A stretch of DNA of 64,000 bases from a virus, in the IMG/VR virus record IMGVR_UViG_3300037086_000474, positions 32,001-96,000 of that record. One strand, 5' to 3'. Below, piece by piece: positions 1-9,767 of the stretch (its first letter is position 1; every line of letters begins with the position of its first letter). The notes beneath the pieces are model-generated. The model saw nothing but the letters and a program-made list of their open reading frames with translations, was not told the DNA's origin and did no database searches. Both the position numbers and the translations under genes were made by a program.

Positions 1-4
1 TTTC

Positions 5-1264
5 TTGACGGTTCAGGCCGCAATCACTTCTATTGTTGACGCAGCTTCTACGAAAGTTTATATCGTTATGGTAATGCCAGGTAGATATTTAGAAAATCTG
101 ACATTTAAACCCTGGGTTAACGTTTGTGGTATTTCGAAAGAAGCCACGGTCATTGCTACTGGTTCTGGAACTCACTCAGGAACTTTCTCTTCTGGTGGAA
201 GAATAGCTCTTAAAGACATTTCGTTCGGTGGTGCAACTCAATTAATGACCTTCACCCATCCTGCAAGTTCTCCGGGTGGTACTTCTATTACTATCGACAA
301 TGCAAATATTGGCACACCATTATTCAACATGCTTGGAGGTGGGGTAGACTACGTTCAATTCAGAAATGATTTCTATTGTGCTGCAACGACAACCGTTCAT
401 TCAGCAAATTTGACGGCATTTAACGGCATATTCTTGGGTGGACTGCGACAAGATGATACTGGCTGTGAACACGTTGATGGCTACGGTTCAGCAAGCACAA
501 ATACAATAAAAGACTGCATGGGCGACACTCTAAATTGCGTTGGAAATGTGTGGGTTGAATTCTACAACAATTACAGTTGGTCAACACTAACTTCTAATGG
601 AGCAACTTGTACGGTGAGTTATGATGCTCAATCAGCTCCAGATACTCCTGCAGGACTTATAAGTCTAAACGGTGGATTATTTCAGAGAACAGATAATGCA
701 TTCGCAATTGGTTTCGATAAAACAATCAAAAACAAACTAGTTGCTGAAGAAGTTCAGGCTGCAATTGATGAACTCACAGATAAGATTGTGGCTTTTGATA
801 TTCCTCAAGGAACTTCTTTCCCAGTATCTCCGGCACCAGCAGCTGGTGATCTATTTTATAGAACCGATTTAAATTTGACATTCCAGTATGATTCATCGAG
901 AAGCAAATGGCTATCAATCACACAAATGTTCTTAGACTGGGGAAGCAACAGTGCTGATGGAAAATATTTGAACATCCATGGAGCTGCTGCAACTCAGACT
1001 GGTTACTTGATGCCTAGAAATGGAACGATCATAGCAGTCACTGCGAAGTGTGCTTCTGGAAATCAAAGCAAGGCATTTGAGATTAGAAAAAACAATGTCG
1101 GAGCCACCCCGCTTAAGTCTTTTTCTTTAAGCAGTGGAAGTTACAGCTCAATAAATGACAACATTGATTTCAGTACTACAGATTACATTCAAGCGTTCGC
1201 TGTATCTGGTGGAGAACCAGCTAGAGATGCCGTAGTGATGATTATTATAGGTTGGCGAGGTTAG
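5..1264 (+). CDS. Virion structural/fibre protein, 5'-truncated by the window, with C-terminal 'YD..R.KWLS' domain
   Basis: C-terminal ~140 aa (FQYDSSRSKWLS...GYLMPRNGTIIAV) is paralogous to the ends of ORFs 12502, 19059, 26743 and 54945. Confidence 0.65.
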   Translation: MTVQAAITSIVDAASTKVYIVMVMPGRYLENLTFKPWVNVCGISKEATVIATGSGTHSGTFSSGGRIALKDISFGGATQLMTFTHPASSPGGTSITIDNANIGTPLFNMLGGGVDYVQFRNDFYCAATTTVHSANLTAFNGIFLGGLRQDDTGCEHVDGYGSASTNTIKDCMGDTLNCVGNVWVEFYNNYSWSTLTSNGATCTVSYDAQSAPDTPAGLISLNGGLFQRTDNAFAIGFDKTIKNKLVAEEVQAAIDELTDKIVAFDIPQGTSFPVSPAPAAGDLFYRTDLNLTFQYDSSRSKWLSITQMFLDWGSNSADGKYLNIHGAAATQTGYLMPRNGTIIAVTAKCASGNQSKAFEIRKNNVGATPLKSFSLSSGSYSSINDNIDFSTTDYIQAFAVSGGEPARDAVVMIIIGWRG

Positions 1265-1317
1265 AAATTTTCAATTTTCATAACAATTGTGTTTCCTATC
1301 TACAGTTTTCACCCCAA

Positions 1318-1365
1318 GCCCCTCTCTTGAGGGGCTCTTCATCTCTATTTCTGCGATAAGATAAT
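1318..1365 (+). repeat. Terminator-hairpin + AAGATAA promoter unit, copy 1
   Basis: gcccctctcttgaggggctcttcatctctatttctgcgataagataat; imperfect direct repeat of 1641-1689. Confidence 0.75.
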
Positions 1366-1399
1366 AGTTCTTAGCCTAAATCTTGGGAGGTAACCTAAG

Positions 1400-1618
1400 A
1401 TGGACAAAAAGATTCGAGATTTATACAAACATAAACGATGGATCGAGATGCGAGATAAAGAGATTGCACATCACCCTATCTGCGCTCTCTGTGGGTCAAA
1501 AGCTACGTTGACAGCTGATCATATTAATCCTCCTGCAAATGAGGATGCGTTTTGGTCTTCACCAATTCAAACAATTTGTCGAAAATGCCATTCAAAGAAA
1601 CTGCAAAGCAGACGATAA
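1400..1618 (+). CDS. Small HNH endonuclease
   Basis: CALCG...LTADHINP...QTICRKCHSKK; RBS gggagg. Confidence 0.8.
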   Translation: MDKKIRDLYKHKRWIEMRDKEIAHHPICALCGSKATLTADHINPPANEDAFWSSPIQTICRKCHSKKLQSRR

Positions 1619-1640
1619 CCCCTCATTTTCTCTATTATGG

Positions 1641-1689
1641 GCCCCTTTCTTGAGGGGCTTCTCTATCTCTACCTCAAGGATAAGATAAT
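1641..1689 (+). repeat. Terminator-hairpin + AAGATAA promoter unit, copy 2
   Basis: gcccctttcttgaggggcttctctatctctacctcaaggataagataat. Confidence 0.75.
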
Positions 1690-1716
1690 CTTAACCTGAT
1701 TTTAGGAGAAATACCG

Positions 1717-3663
1717 ATGCCAACAGTGTCACCAGGCGAGCTTAAGGGTGGTACGCCCACTGGAACTTCAACAACAGAACAAAATAGAGATCCAACAATT
1801 GCTGTAGTAAATGGCCTCACTATTCAACCTCTGAAAAATTGGGAACCGGATGGAGTTAATGTAATAACTCTGAACAGCACGCAAAAGCTGCAGGCAATTC
1901 AATCTATATTGCAAGCCATGGTTGCCAACAGAAATGAAGCGTCTAATTTCAGTTCACTGCCAACATCTTTGATGGGCGCTACCATAGCTTGGTCCGATGA
2001 AAATCCTGGTAATACTGAGATTTCTTACACCATCACTCTAGATGGTATTAAGGTCACGCAAAATTCTAATTCTATGTTGGCTTCTCCAGTTGCTACAATT
2101 GGAACATTTGCAATGACGGATGCACAGGCCGTAGCTAGGGCCTCAGAAATTTTAGTAATTAGTCTTGGAAAAAATAAAGATCTACAACACCTCATCTCTA
2201 ATATTATTCTTCCAACTTCTGGATCATTTGGAACAACTATTAGTTGGAATTCTTCTGATACTGCTCATATTGCCAATAATGGTATTGTCAACCAACCACC
2301 GCTCGGTAGTACTGCGGCCTCTGTTACTCTAACGGCCACCATTACTAAAAATGCTGCCAGTACGAGTAAGATTTTTTCCATCATAGTTAGACAATCATTT
2401 ATTGTTGCAAGTGATGCTGATGATGTTGCAACTGATAAGGCTGTCTTATCAGTTGGTCTTGGATCTAATCCTGATTTTACTCACGTTACAACGAACCTTA
2501 CATTGGCATCGTCTGGCTCACATGGCACTTCAATTTCTTGGGGTTCTTCCAACACAGGAACCATTTCTAACTCAGGAGTTATTGTGAGGCCATCTGGATC
2601 TGATGCCAACTTGACATTGACTGCAACGATCATGAAAAATGCAGCTAGTGATACTAAGGTGTTTAATGTGACGGTTTTGCAAGTCCCTGTCACGGGCGTA
2701 TATGCTGCTGGGTACTATCACGGGGATAGTGTTGATGCTCCTGCCTACTGGGTGAATGATTCGGCAGGTAAAGTAAATCTCGGTTTCGTACTGCCAACAA
2801 ATAATCGTGCACTTGCGATAACGATGCATGAATCAACTCCATTATCTGCGGGATGGTACAATGATTCCTCTTACCAACAGGCTTGCTACTGGGTGAGTAC
2901 CACTCCAGTTGCACTAAGCTCTTCTAATGCCTTAGGCTCTCAAGCCAATGCCATTGCAGTTGATGGTTCTGATATATACATAGCAGGATCCTACAATCCA
3001 ACTGGCAGCAATTATGCTTGTTATTGGAAAAACGGAATTTTTACAGGTGACTATTCAGCTCCTGGAGACGGAGAACTTCTTGGAATAGCAGTGTCGGGAT
3101 CAGACGTAGTTGTTGGTGGATATTTCTTTGTTGATCCCGTGCACTATCCATTCATCTGGATAAATAGCACACCGTTGCAGTATATGGTTGATGATGGAAT
3201 CGTTAGTGGAGTCGCAATATCAGGATCTACTATGTACGCTTCAGGATACAAAGTAGTGAGTGGAGTTCGGCACCCTTGCTATTGGAGCGGACCGCTTAGT
3301 GCTACTGGCATTGGTGATCTGACACGAGTTGACTTGAGTGAAATTGGTACAAGCGGTGGAGAGGCGACAGGCGTGACAGCGTCTGGATCCGATGTGTACG
3401 TTTCGGGATACATCAACTCTGGTACGGGTTTTACGTTTGCGTGCTATTGGAAGAATGGCGTAAGAAAAACTGCTGATGGAACAGCAAGAGCAGATTCTAT
3501 AGCAGTTTCTGGATCGGACGTTTATATTTCGGGATGGAAAAATGATGGCACTACTCAGCTTGCATGCTATTGGAAAAATCCGACTGGTCCTGGCGCGCCG
3601 TCAGGATGCCGAAAAGATCTCAGCATCTATCCTTCTGAGGCTCACTCTATTATAGTTGGATAA
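1717..3663 (+). CDS. Virion surface protein: N-terminal anchor, 2 Ig-like repeats, YWKNG-type beta-propeller
   Basis: Repeats LTLxxSGxxGTxISWxSSxT..VxRP...LTATIxK; repeated ACYWKNG / AVSGSDVY blades; RBS aggag. Confidence 0.7.
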   Translation: MPTVSPGELKGGTPTGTSTTEQNRDPTIAVVNGLTIQPLKNWEPDGVNVITLNSTQKLQAIQSILQAMVANRNEASNFSSLPTSLMGATIAWSDENPGNTEISYTITLDGIKVTQNSNSMLASPVATIGTFAMTDAQAVARASEILVISLGKNKDLQHLISNIILPTSGSFGTTISWNSSDTAHIANNGIVNQPPLGSTAASVTLTATITKNAASTSKIFSIIVRQSFIVASDADDVATDKAVLSVGLGSNPDFTHVTTNLTLASSGSHGTSISWGSSNTGTISNSGVIVRPSGSDANLTLTATIMKNAASDTKVFNVTVLQVPVTGVYAAGYYHGDSVDAPAYWVNDSAGKVNLGFVLPTNNRALAITMHESTPLSAGWYNDSSYQQACYWVSTTPVALSSSNALGSQANAIAVDGSDIYIAGSYNPTGSNYACYWKNGIFTGDYSAPGDGELLGIAVSGSDVVVGGYFFVDPVHYPFIWINSTPLQYMVDDGIVSGVAISGSTMYASGYKVVSGVRHPCYWSGPLSATGIGDLTRVDLSEIGTSGGEATGVTASGSDVYVSGYINSGTGFTFACYWKNGVRKTADGTARADSIAVSGSDVYISGWKNDGTTQLACYWKNPTGPGAPSGCRKDLSIYPSEAHSIIVG

Positions 3664-3759
3664 AATATTAACTTAGTCTCTCGAAAGAGTAATTTTCCAT
3701 CTATTCAGTCAAATAATAAAGATAAATTAAACTCTCATATTTTTATAGGAGAAATAAAC

Positions 3760-6700
3760 ATGGCACAACTCAAAGGTGGAGACCCAACACTTTTTTGGAA
3801 ACGTGGTTTTAATATTCAACCACTGAAAGATTTTGTATATACAGATGCTCAAAAACTAGCAGCGATTCAATCGATAATTAATGCAACCTTGCGAGGCGTT
3901 AGCAACATTCCAGATGCTAATCAATTGCCTACGACTTTAATGGATGTTACTATCGATTGGTCTATCGGTACACAAGCTGATGACATTTACCAATTGACTA
4001 TTGATGGGCTCACTCTGGTTCAGGATGCAAATGAGGCTCCAGTTTCGGCCGCCCCAACAACTGGAATGACTGATCAACAAATGGCCACATTTGCAGCCCA
4101 AGCCCTAATAGTTGGACTTGGAACAAATACTGATCTGCAACATGTTCAGACAAATCTTACACTTCCGGTAACAGGACTTTATTCAACAACGGTGGGTTGG
4201 AGTTCTTCTAGTACAGGAACAGTTTCTAATTCAGGAGTTGTCTCAAGACCATCCGGATCTGATGCAAGTATCGTATTCACCGCAACTGTCACTAAAAATG
4301 CCGCAAATGTTACAAAAACATTCAACGCAACAGTATCACACTCAACCAACACTGATGCGGCCGATGTTGCAACCGACAAGGCAGCTCTATCAGTTGGTCT
4401 TGGATCGAATTCTGATCTTAATAACGTTGTAAGCAATCTTACATTGGTATTGTCTGGTTCACATGGCACTTCAATTTCTTGGGGCTCTTCTAACACAGGA
4501 GCTATTTCTAACTCAGGAGTTGTTGTAAAGCCTTCTGGATCTAATGCGAGTGTGACTTTGACCGCAACAATTTCTAAGGGTGCAGCTTCAGACACGAAAG
4601 AATTTAACGCAATAGTATTGCAAAATGCTGACACATCTAATGTAGCTACAGACAAGGCAGCTCTATCAGTTGGTCTCGGATCTAATCCTGATCTTGAGGA
4701 TGTCACAACAAATCTTACACTCTCAACAAGTGGCTCGAATGGCACTTCAATTTCTTGGCAGTCTTCTAGCACGGGAGTTGTTTCTAACTCTGGAGTTGTC
4801 TCAAGGCCTTCTGAATCGAACGCGAGTGTAACACTCACTGCAACAATTTCTAAGGGTGCAGCATCAGACACGAAAGAATTCAATTTGACTGTATTATTTT
4901 TAGTTGATACTTCGGCTGCTGATGTTGCAACGGACAAAGCAGCTCTATCGATTGGTCTTGGATTAAACAGTGGCTTAAGCAATGTGGTGGGTCATCTTAT
5001 ATTCGCCACATCTGGATCGAATGGCACCACTATTTCTTGGGAAACAAACAATGTTGCAGTAACTAGTGAAGGAAATATTGTTCGACCACCAGCATCTGGC
5101 AGTGATGCTTCAGTGGCTATAACTGCTACAATATCTAAGGGTCGCTACTCAGATACAAAACAGTTCAATGTCACTGTAAAGAAATTGGTTGCCGTTGGAG
5201 CAGCATTCCAGCCTCTCAATGTGAACGGTGGTAATATTTTGGGAGGAACAAGAGAAAATGCTAGCATTTACTCTCTGAGTGTTTTTGGCACTAAGCTTGT
5301 TGTTGGAACAGATCAGGGAAGAATATCATCATATGATAGTTCAAACTCAACTTGGACTTATTATGATGCTTCAAGCGGACTCAGAGACAATCAAACAATG
5401 TTTGGGGCAGGTATTTTGAGTTGTGTTTATGGATCAACGATAGTGTTTAATGATGCATACAGCAATATTGCTTCTTGGGATGGAACTGCGTGGAAAAAAC
5501 CTGATGGGAGTGGAACTGGAACTGGCATATATGCTAAACTTTCCGATTATGTTTATCCTTCGGGTAGCGGCATGGCGACGACTCCCGTAGTTTACAATGG
5601 CAGTATTGTATTTGCTAGTTCTGCTTATGTTGCTTCTTGGGATGGATCGGCTTGGAAAAAATATAATGGAAATGGAACAGGAACCGGACCATATAGTATG
5701 GGGACAGTTGTTGGAAATCAGATAATTCAAGCTATGACAGTATGGAACGGTTTCCTTATTGTCGCAGGAGGACTTGGTCGAATTGGCTCATTTGATGGAA
5801 CAAATTGGAAGAATTATGATGGTACCGGTACGGGAACGGGTCCATATTCAAATGGGTCTTGGTTCCCTCAAAATACTGGGGATGCTATTTATGCAGTATT
5901 TTCGTATGGAAGTCAATTACTAGTTGGTGGACCCAATGATAGTGTTTCTTCTTGGGACGGATCGGCTTGGAAATATTATGATGGAACTGGGACAGGGTCT
6001 GGAATTTATCATCAAAGTATCTTCGCAGATAGAACCTCAATTACAAAAATTGTTCAACTTGGGAGCGTTTTGATGTTCTTCGGCTACAACAATATCGCTT
6101 CTTATGATGGATCTGCTTGGAAGCTTTCAGATGGAACAGGAGGAGGAACAGGTCCTCACGCTGATGCGGCTACTGGCAGTGATCACATTCTCGCGTATCC
6201 AAAAGCAGTATTTTTCAATTCGACTATTGTATATGGTGGTAACGCGGGGAGAGTCAATTCTTGGGACGGAACCAAGTTTGGAGATCAATCGGGTGCAACA
6301 GGACTCTATAAAGCCATGTCTGCCGACTTTGGAACTAAGCAATACCCAACATATTCAATTGAATTGCTCGGTGATAAATTGCTAGTTGGATCCGGTGCGG
6401 GTGCATTGTCTTATTATGATTTCACAGGATCAGTATGGCATCCATATACGGAAACAAGTAATCCATTGACCGACAATTCAGATTCTAATAAAACCCAGGA
6501 AGAAATTGGCTTGATGCTAAAGTATCAATCAGGTTCGGTCATTTTATCCCCAGGAATGCACGGAAGTAGCGTAATATGTTCTTATGACGGAATCAATTGG
6601 AAGACGGCTGATGGCAGTGGAACAGGAACTGGTCCATATTATACCTCGCCTATGTTTCCATATTCTACAATAGGTCTCTATGGAAATTATATAATAACTG

Positions 6701-7410
6701 GAGATATGATTGGAAACATAGAATCTTGGGATTTAATTGCCTCAGATTGGAAACACTCTGATGGATCAGGAAGTGGAAATGGTCCCTATGCTAGCTATTT
6801 CATGAATCCCATTGTACAGTCAATGATAACATCGATCGTCAAATACGGTGATAATTTGGTTGTGGCCGATATGGGCGGAAACATTACTTCTTGGGATGGA
6901 ACTAATTGGAAAAAATATGATGGAGCTGGTACAGGAACAGGACCATATCGTGCTGCGACCGGAGAGGCTCAACTAGTTGTATATGATGGAATGTTGGTCG
7001 CAGGTGGAAATCTTTTGTCTTCGTATGATGGCTCTAACTGGAAAAACTATGATGGAACTGGTGCGGGAACAGGAATATATTCTATGGGCGCACCGTGGAA
7101 TAGCGAGGTCATCACAGTACTTCTTGTCGAGGGTAATACTCTAGTAGTTGTAACTGAGTCTGGAAAAGTTGCTTCATACGATGGTTCTAACTGGAAAAAC
7201 TATGACGGAACTGGGACAGGCACGGGTCCTTATAATGATGGAACAATGATTGGAGTCTCCGACAATTTGCCGGGAGAGCAACTAGTTCAAGATGCTTATG
7301 CGGTTGATGGTGGTTTCTACATTGTTGGAGGTCGAGAGAGACTCGCGTCTTATAAAGTGTCCAACAAGACATGGTACAATTACGACGGAACGACAACAAA
7401 TCAATCATAA
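3760..7410 (+). CDS. Virion surface protein: same N-terminal anchor, 4 Ig-like repeats, WDGxxWKxYDGTGTGTGPY propeller repeats
   Basis: N-terminus homologous to ORF 1717 (LKGG.P, IQPLK, QKLxAIQSI); DVATDKAALSVGLG repeats; RBS aggag. Confidence 0.7.
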   Translation: MAQLKGGDPTLFWKRGFNIQPLKDFVYTDAQKLAAIQSIINATLRGVSNIPDANQLPTTLMDVTIDWSIGTQADDIYQLTIDGLTLVQDANEAPVSAAPTTGMTDQQMATFAAQALIVGLGTNTDLQHVQTNLTLPVTGLYSTTVGWSSSSTGTVSNSGVVSRPSGSDASIVFTATVTKNAANVTKTFNATVSHSTNTDAADVATDKAALSVGLGSNSDLNNVVSNLTLVLSGSHGTSISWGSSNTGAISNSGVVVKPSGSNASVTLTATISKGAASDTKEFNAIVLQNADTSNVATDKAALSVGLGSNPDLEDVTTNLTLSTSGSNGTSISWQSSSTGVVSNSGVVSRPSESNASVTLTATISKGAASDTKEFNLTVLFLVDTSAADVATDKAALSIGLGLNSGLSNVVGHLIFATSGSNGTTISWETNNVAVTSEGNIVRPPASGSDASVAITATISKGRYSDTKQFNVTVKKLVAVGAAFQPLNVNGGNILGGTRENASIYSLSVFGTKLVVGTDQGRISSYDSSNSTWTYYDASSGLRDNQTMFGAGILSCVYGSTIVFNDAYSNIASWDGTAWKKPDGSGTGTGIYAKLSDYVYPSGSGMATTPVVYNGSIVFASSAYVASWDGSAWKKYNGNGTGTGPYSMGTVVGNQIIQAMTVWNGFLIVAGGLGRIGSFDGTNWKNYDGTGTGTGPYSNGSWFPQNTGDAIYAVFSYGSQLLVGGPNDSVSSWDGSAWKYYDGTGTGSGIYHQSIFADRTSITKIVQLGSVLMFFGYNNIASYDGSAWKLSDGTGGGTGPHADAATGSDHILAYPKAVFFNSTIVYGGNAGRVNSWDGTKFGDQSGATGLYKAMSADFGTKQYPTYSIELLGDKLLVGSGAGALSYYDFTGSVWHPYTETSNPLTDNSDSNKTQEEIGLMLKYQSGSVILSPGMHGSSVICSYDGINWKTADGSGTGTGPYYTSPMFPYSTIGLYGNYIITGDMIGNIESWDLIASDWKHSDGSGSGNGPYASYFMNPIVQSMITSIVKYGDNLVVADMGGNITSWDGTNWKKYDGAGTGTGPYRAATGEAQLVVYDGMLVAGGNLLSSYDGSNWKNYDGTGAGTGIYSMGAPWNSEVITVLLVEGNTLVVVTESGKVASYDGSNWKNYDGTGTGTGPYNDGTMIGVSDNLPGEQLVQDAYAVDGGFYIVGGRERLASYKVSNKTWYNYDGTTTNQS

Positions 7411-7415
7411 AAATC

Positions 7416-7440
7416 AGCCCCTCGAAAGAGGGGCTTTTCT
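7416..7440 (+). terminator. Rho-independent terminator
   Basis: agcccctc-gaaa-gaggggct followed by T tract. Confidence 0.85.
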
Positions 7441-7442
7441 AT

Positions 7443-7471
7443 TTTAGAGATCCACTCCATCAGCATATAAT
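7443..7471 (+). promoter_or_regulatory. Sigma70-like (early) promoter, leaderless
   Basis: TTTAGA-N17-TATAAT, ATG 6 nt downstream, no SD. Confidence 0.8.
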
Positions 7472-7477
7472 CATTTT

Positions 7478-8077
7478 ATGAACATACAAGTGTTCGGAGA
7501 AGAGACACTCATAGACCATCTTTGTGCTCTGGGCAACCACTACTCTCACTGCATCTCTATCAGGGATCCCCAGCTGAAGATGCCCCAGATCATCAAAGAA
7601 AGTTTTCAGGCTATTCTCGAGCTCAAATTTGCAGACATCCCATATGAAATAGAAGGAGTAAGAGCTCCTGAGAAGAGAGACATTAGGGGTGTCATAGAGT
7701 TTTTCAATCAAACTAAAGACAGTGCAACTGGATACACCATTCATTGCCATGCTGGTATTTCTCGTTCTACTGCAGTAGCTCTTGGAATAGCTTATCTCAT
7801 CACTGGAGATGAGAGGGCTGCTGCAGATATGTTTCGGGCTGCTGTTGGAAAAAAGAGCATTAGTCCCAATATAAGGATCGTTCAATTTTTTGATGAGCTT
7901 CTTGGAAGCAATCTGAAATCCATTGCTCATGAGTTTCATAGAGCCACCGATGATGCAATGAAGAAAGAGCTGCTTGATCTCTTCGAACCAAAAGGGCTCT
8001 TGGCTAAGGCCGATAGTGTGCGGTCAAAGCATATTTATTCTGGTTTAGACAAGAAAGGAGCTCAAAGTGAGCTATAA
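7478..8077 (+). CDS. Cys-dependent PTP/dual-specificity phosphatase
   Basis: P-loop IHCHAGISRS; FAD acid loop; C-terminal PN motif. Confidence 0.85.
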   Translation: MNIQVFGEETLIDHLCALGNHYSHCISIRDPQLKMPQIIKESFQAILELKFADIPYEIEGVRAPEKRDIRGVIEFFNQTKDSATGYTIHCHAGISRSTAVALGIAYLITGDERAAADMFRAAVGKKSISPNIRIVQFFDELLGSNLKSIAHEFHRATDDAMKKELLDLFEPKGLLAKADSVRSKHIYSGLDKKGAQSEL

Positions 8078-8618
8078 TAACCAGATCGTCCCGGGATTTG
8101 ATGAAGATTTGAACAATGAAATCATCATTACCTTGAGGAAGATCGGCACAGTGCCCCAATGTCTTTCTTTTGAGCTGAAGGGACATATTGACACTTACAA
8201 CTCTGGATTCTTTCAGAAGCAAGTCAATAAGGTCATTGCAGCTGGGTACATCTATCTCATCTTCAATGCCAATGGACTCAACTACCTCTCGAGCACAGGC
8301 ATCGGTTCCTTCACCTCGTTTCTCAAGACAGTAAAGACGAAGAATGGAGACGTTGTGTTTGTTGGAATGCAAAGCAAGGTGTTCGAAATTTTTCAGCTTC
8401 TTGGGTTCCAACAGTTCTTCAAGTTCTCGAACACAATCGAAGACGCCATTTTATTTTTCACGACTACTAAGAAAGGTCCTGCGAGCCTTTTTCCAAAAAC
8501 TTTTGCATGTCCTATCTGTGATCACAAGCTCAGGGCGTCGAAGAACGGAAGGTTTCGCTGTCCTTCTTGCAAAACTGTTCTTCTTCTGACCGAAAAGGCA
8601 GAGGTGCTTCTCGGATGA
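8067..8618 (+). CDS. STAS-domain anti-sigma factor antagonist with C-terminal Zn ribbon (spirochaete type)
   Basis: LKGHIDTYNS, LNYLSSTGIG (phospho-Ser motif), VFEIFQLLGF, CPIC...RFRCPSC. Confidence 0.85.
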   Translation: MSYNNQIVPGFDEDLNNEIIITLRKIGTVPQCLSFELKGHIDTYNSGFFQKQVNKVIAAGYIYLIFNANGLNYLSSTGIGSFTSFLKTVKTKNGDVVFVGMQSKVFEIFQLLGFQQFFKFSNTIEDAILFFTTTKKGPASLFPKTFACPICDHKLRASKNGRFRCPSCKTVLLLTEKAEVLLG

Positions 8619-8694
8619 AAGGGCATTCCAAACTTCGCTCCACAGCCTATGAGAACATATTTGCCTCATGGCATATTTTTAGTAGGAGACACAC

Positions 8695-8949
8695 ATGATA
8701 CTTCAAACATTTGACCATGCGAAACTGAAGCTTCTCTTTTCAGATGGAAGAACGTTTGTTTGTACTGAGGACTCACACTATAAGGTATGGACCGTCGCTC
8801 AGAAGGGAAATGAAGTAGTAGTGCAGTGGGGTAGGATTGGCAACAAGATCCAAGACCAGACCAAAAAGTTTTACAATGATTTTTCAGCCAAACGCTTCAT
8901 CAACGAAAAGATTGAAGAGAAGAAAAAGAAAGGCTATGTGGAGATATGA
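8695..8949 (+). CDS. Stand-alone WGR domain protein
   Basis: KVWTV...VVVQWGRIG...EKKKKGY. Confidence 0.85.
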   Translation: MILQTFDHAKLKLLFSDGRTFVCTEDSHYKVWTVAQKGNEVVVQWGRIGNKIQDQTKKFYNDFSAKRFINEKIEEKKKKGYVEI

Positions 8950-9242
8950 GAATCGGTTCTTGGGAGATCAAACGAATCGTTCCCAAATGGGCAACTCAAC
9001 GCAACATGTATTGGCGATGTCCTGTTTGCAAAAACATAAGTCGACTTGCTTTTGCAAAAGATGGTAGGACTCTCTTCCAAATCATGCTCGATGAGAAAAC
9101 CACAAAGCTTGACAGCATGACACTCACCTGTGGAACTTGCAAATCGAAGATCACATTCATGGCTGCTGATGAAATTGCTGTGAAGATTGCAGAAATCAAA
9201 GCAGAAGAGCTCGAGAAAGCGTCGGCGTCTGGTGATAACTAA
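8946..9242 (+). CDS. Zn-ribbon hypothetical protein
   Basis: CPVC and CGTC pairs; ATGA overlap with WGR gene. Confidence 0.6.
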   Translation: MRIGSWEIKRIVPKWATQRNMYWRCPVCKNISRLAFAKDGRTLFQIMLDEKTTKLDSMTLTCGTCKSKITFMAADEIAVKIAEIKAEELEKASASGDN

Positions 9243-9411
9243 AGACCTTTCAAAATCTTTAATTTGGCAAGAAGCCAAGCGTCTTTTGGATCCAGAACCA
9301 CTTCTGACTTGTGCGTATTGTAAATATCATTCGCACAACAATTATTGCTTGAAATCATCCAATAGTCAGGAAACTGAAGATGAAGATTCCTGTCAGTATT
9401 TTACCACATAG
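9232..9411 (+). CDS. AKxLL-CxxC family miniprotein (GTG start)
   Basis: EAKRLL..CAYC..C..CQYF. Confidence 0.6.
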   Translation: MITKDLSKSLIWQEAKRLLDPEPLLTCAYCKYHSHNNYCLKSSNSQETEDEDSCQYFTT

Positions 9412-9422
9412 GGGATAGAGAT

Positions 9423-9587
9423 ATGAAGAAACGGGTGTCACTTTCGAAATGGGTTGGAATGAGGATTCTTCATAAACCCAACCGTGGTCTTTCCAAAAAC
9501 CATCAACCACAGCCTTTTACACTTCGCGTTTCAGCCGCCGAACTTGAGCGAAGAATTGAGTCTCTGAGTAAAAGAGACGGGGCATAG
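9423..9587 (+). CDS. 54-aa basic hypothetical protein (not in ORF track)
   Basis: MKKRVSLSKW...SKRDGA, purine-rich RBS, fills gap in operon. Confidence 0.5.
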   Translation: MKKRVSLSKWVGMRILHKPNRGLSKNHQPQPFTLRVSAAELERRIESLSKRDGA

Positions 9588-9766
9588 TGTCTCCATATTT
9601 GATGGCAAAAAATCTTTTAGAGAACAAAAAATGCAAATCTTGCATTGGAACTCTCTATAACTCTGAATGTCCTCTTCATCCTCATCGCCCCCGCGCGGAG
9701 ACATGCTCTTGTTGGGAAAAGAAACCATCGAACACTCCAGAAGAGTATTTTGGTATAAAAGTTTAG
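9587..9766 (+). CDS. AKxLL-CxxC family miniprotein (not in ORF track; start 9587 GTG or 9602 ATG)
   Basis: MAKNLLENKKCKSC...EC...ETCSCWEK. Confidence 0.7.
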   Translation: MSPYLMAKNLLENKKCKSCIGTLYNSECPLHPHRPRAETCSCWEKKPSNTPEEYFGIKV

Positions 9767-9767
9767 A

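Noticed and set aside
9616-9645. Ninth TTTAGAG promoter
   Set aside because: No -10 box at 17 nt; the sequence is the LLE codons of the AKNLL miniprotein.
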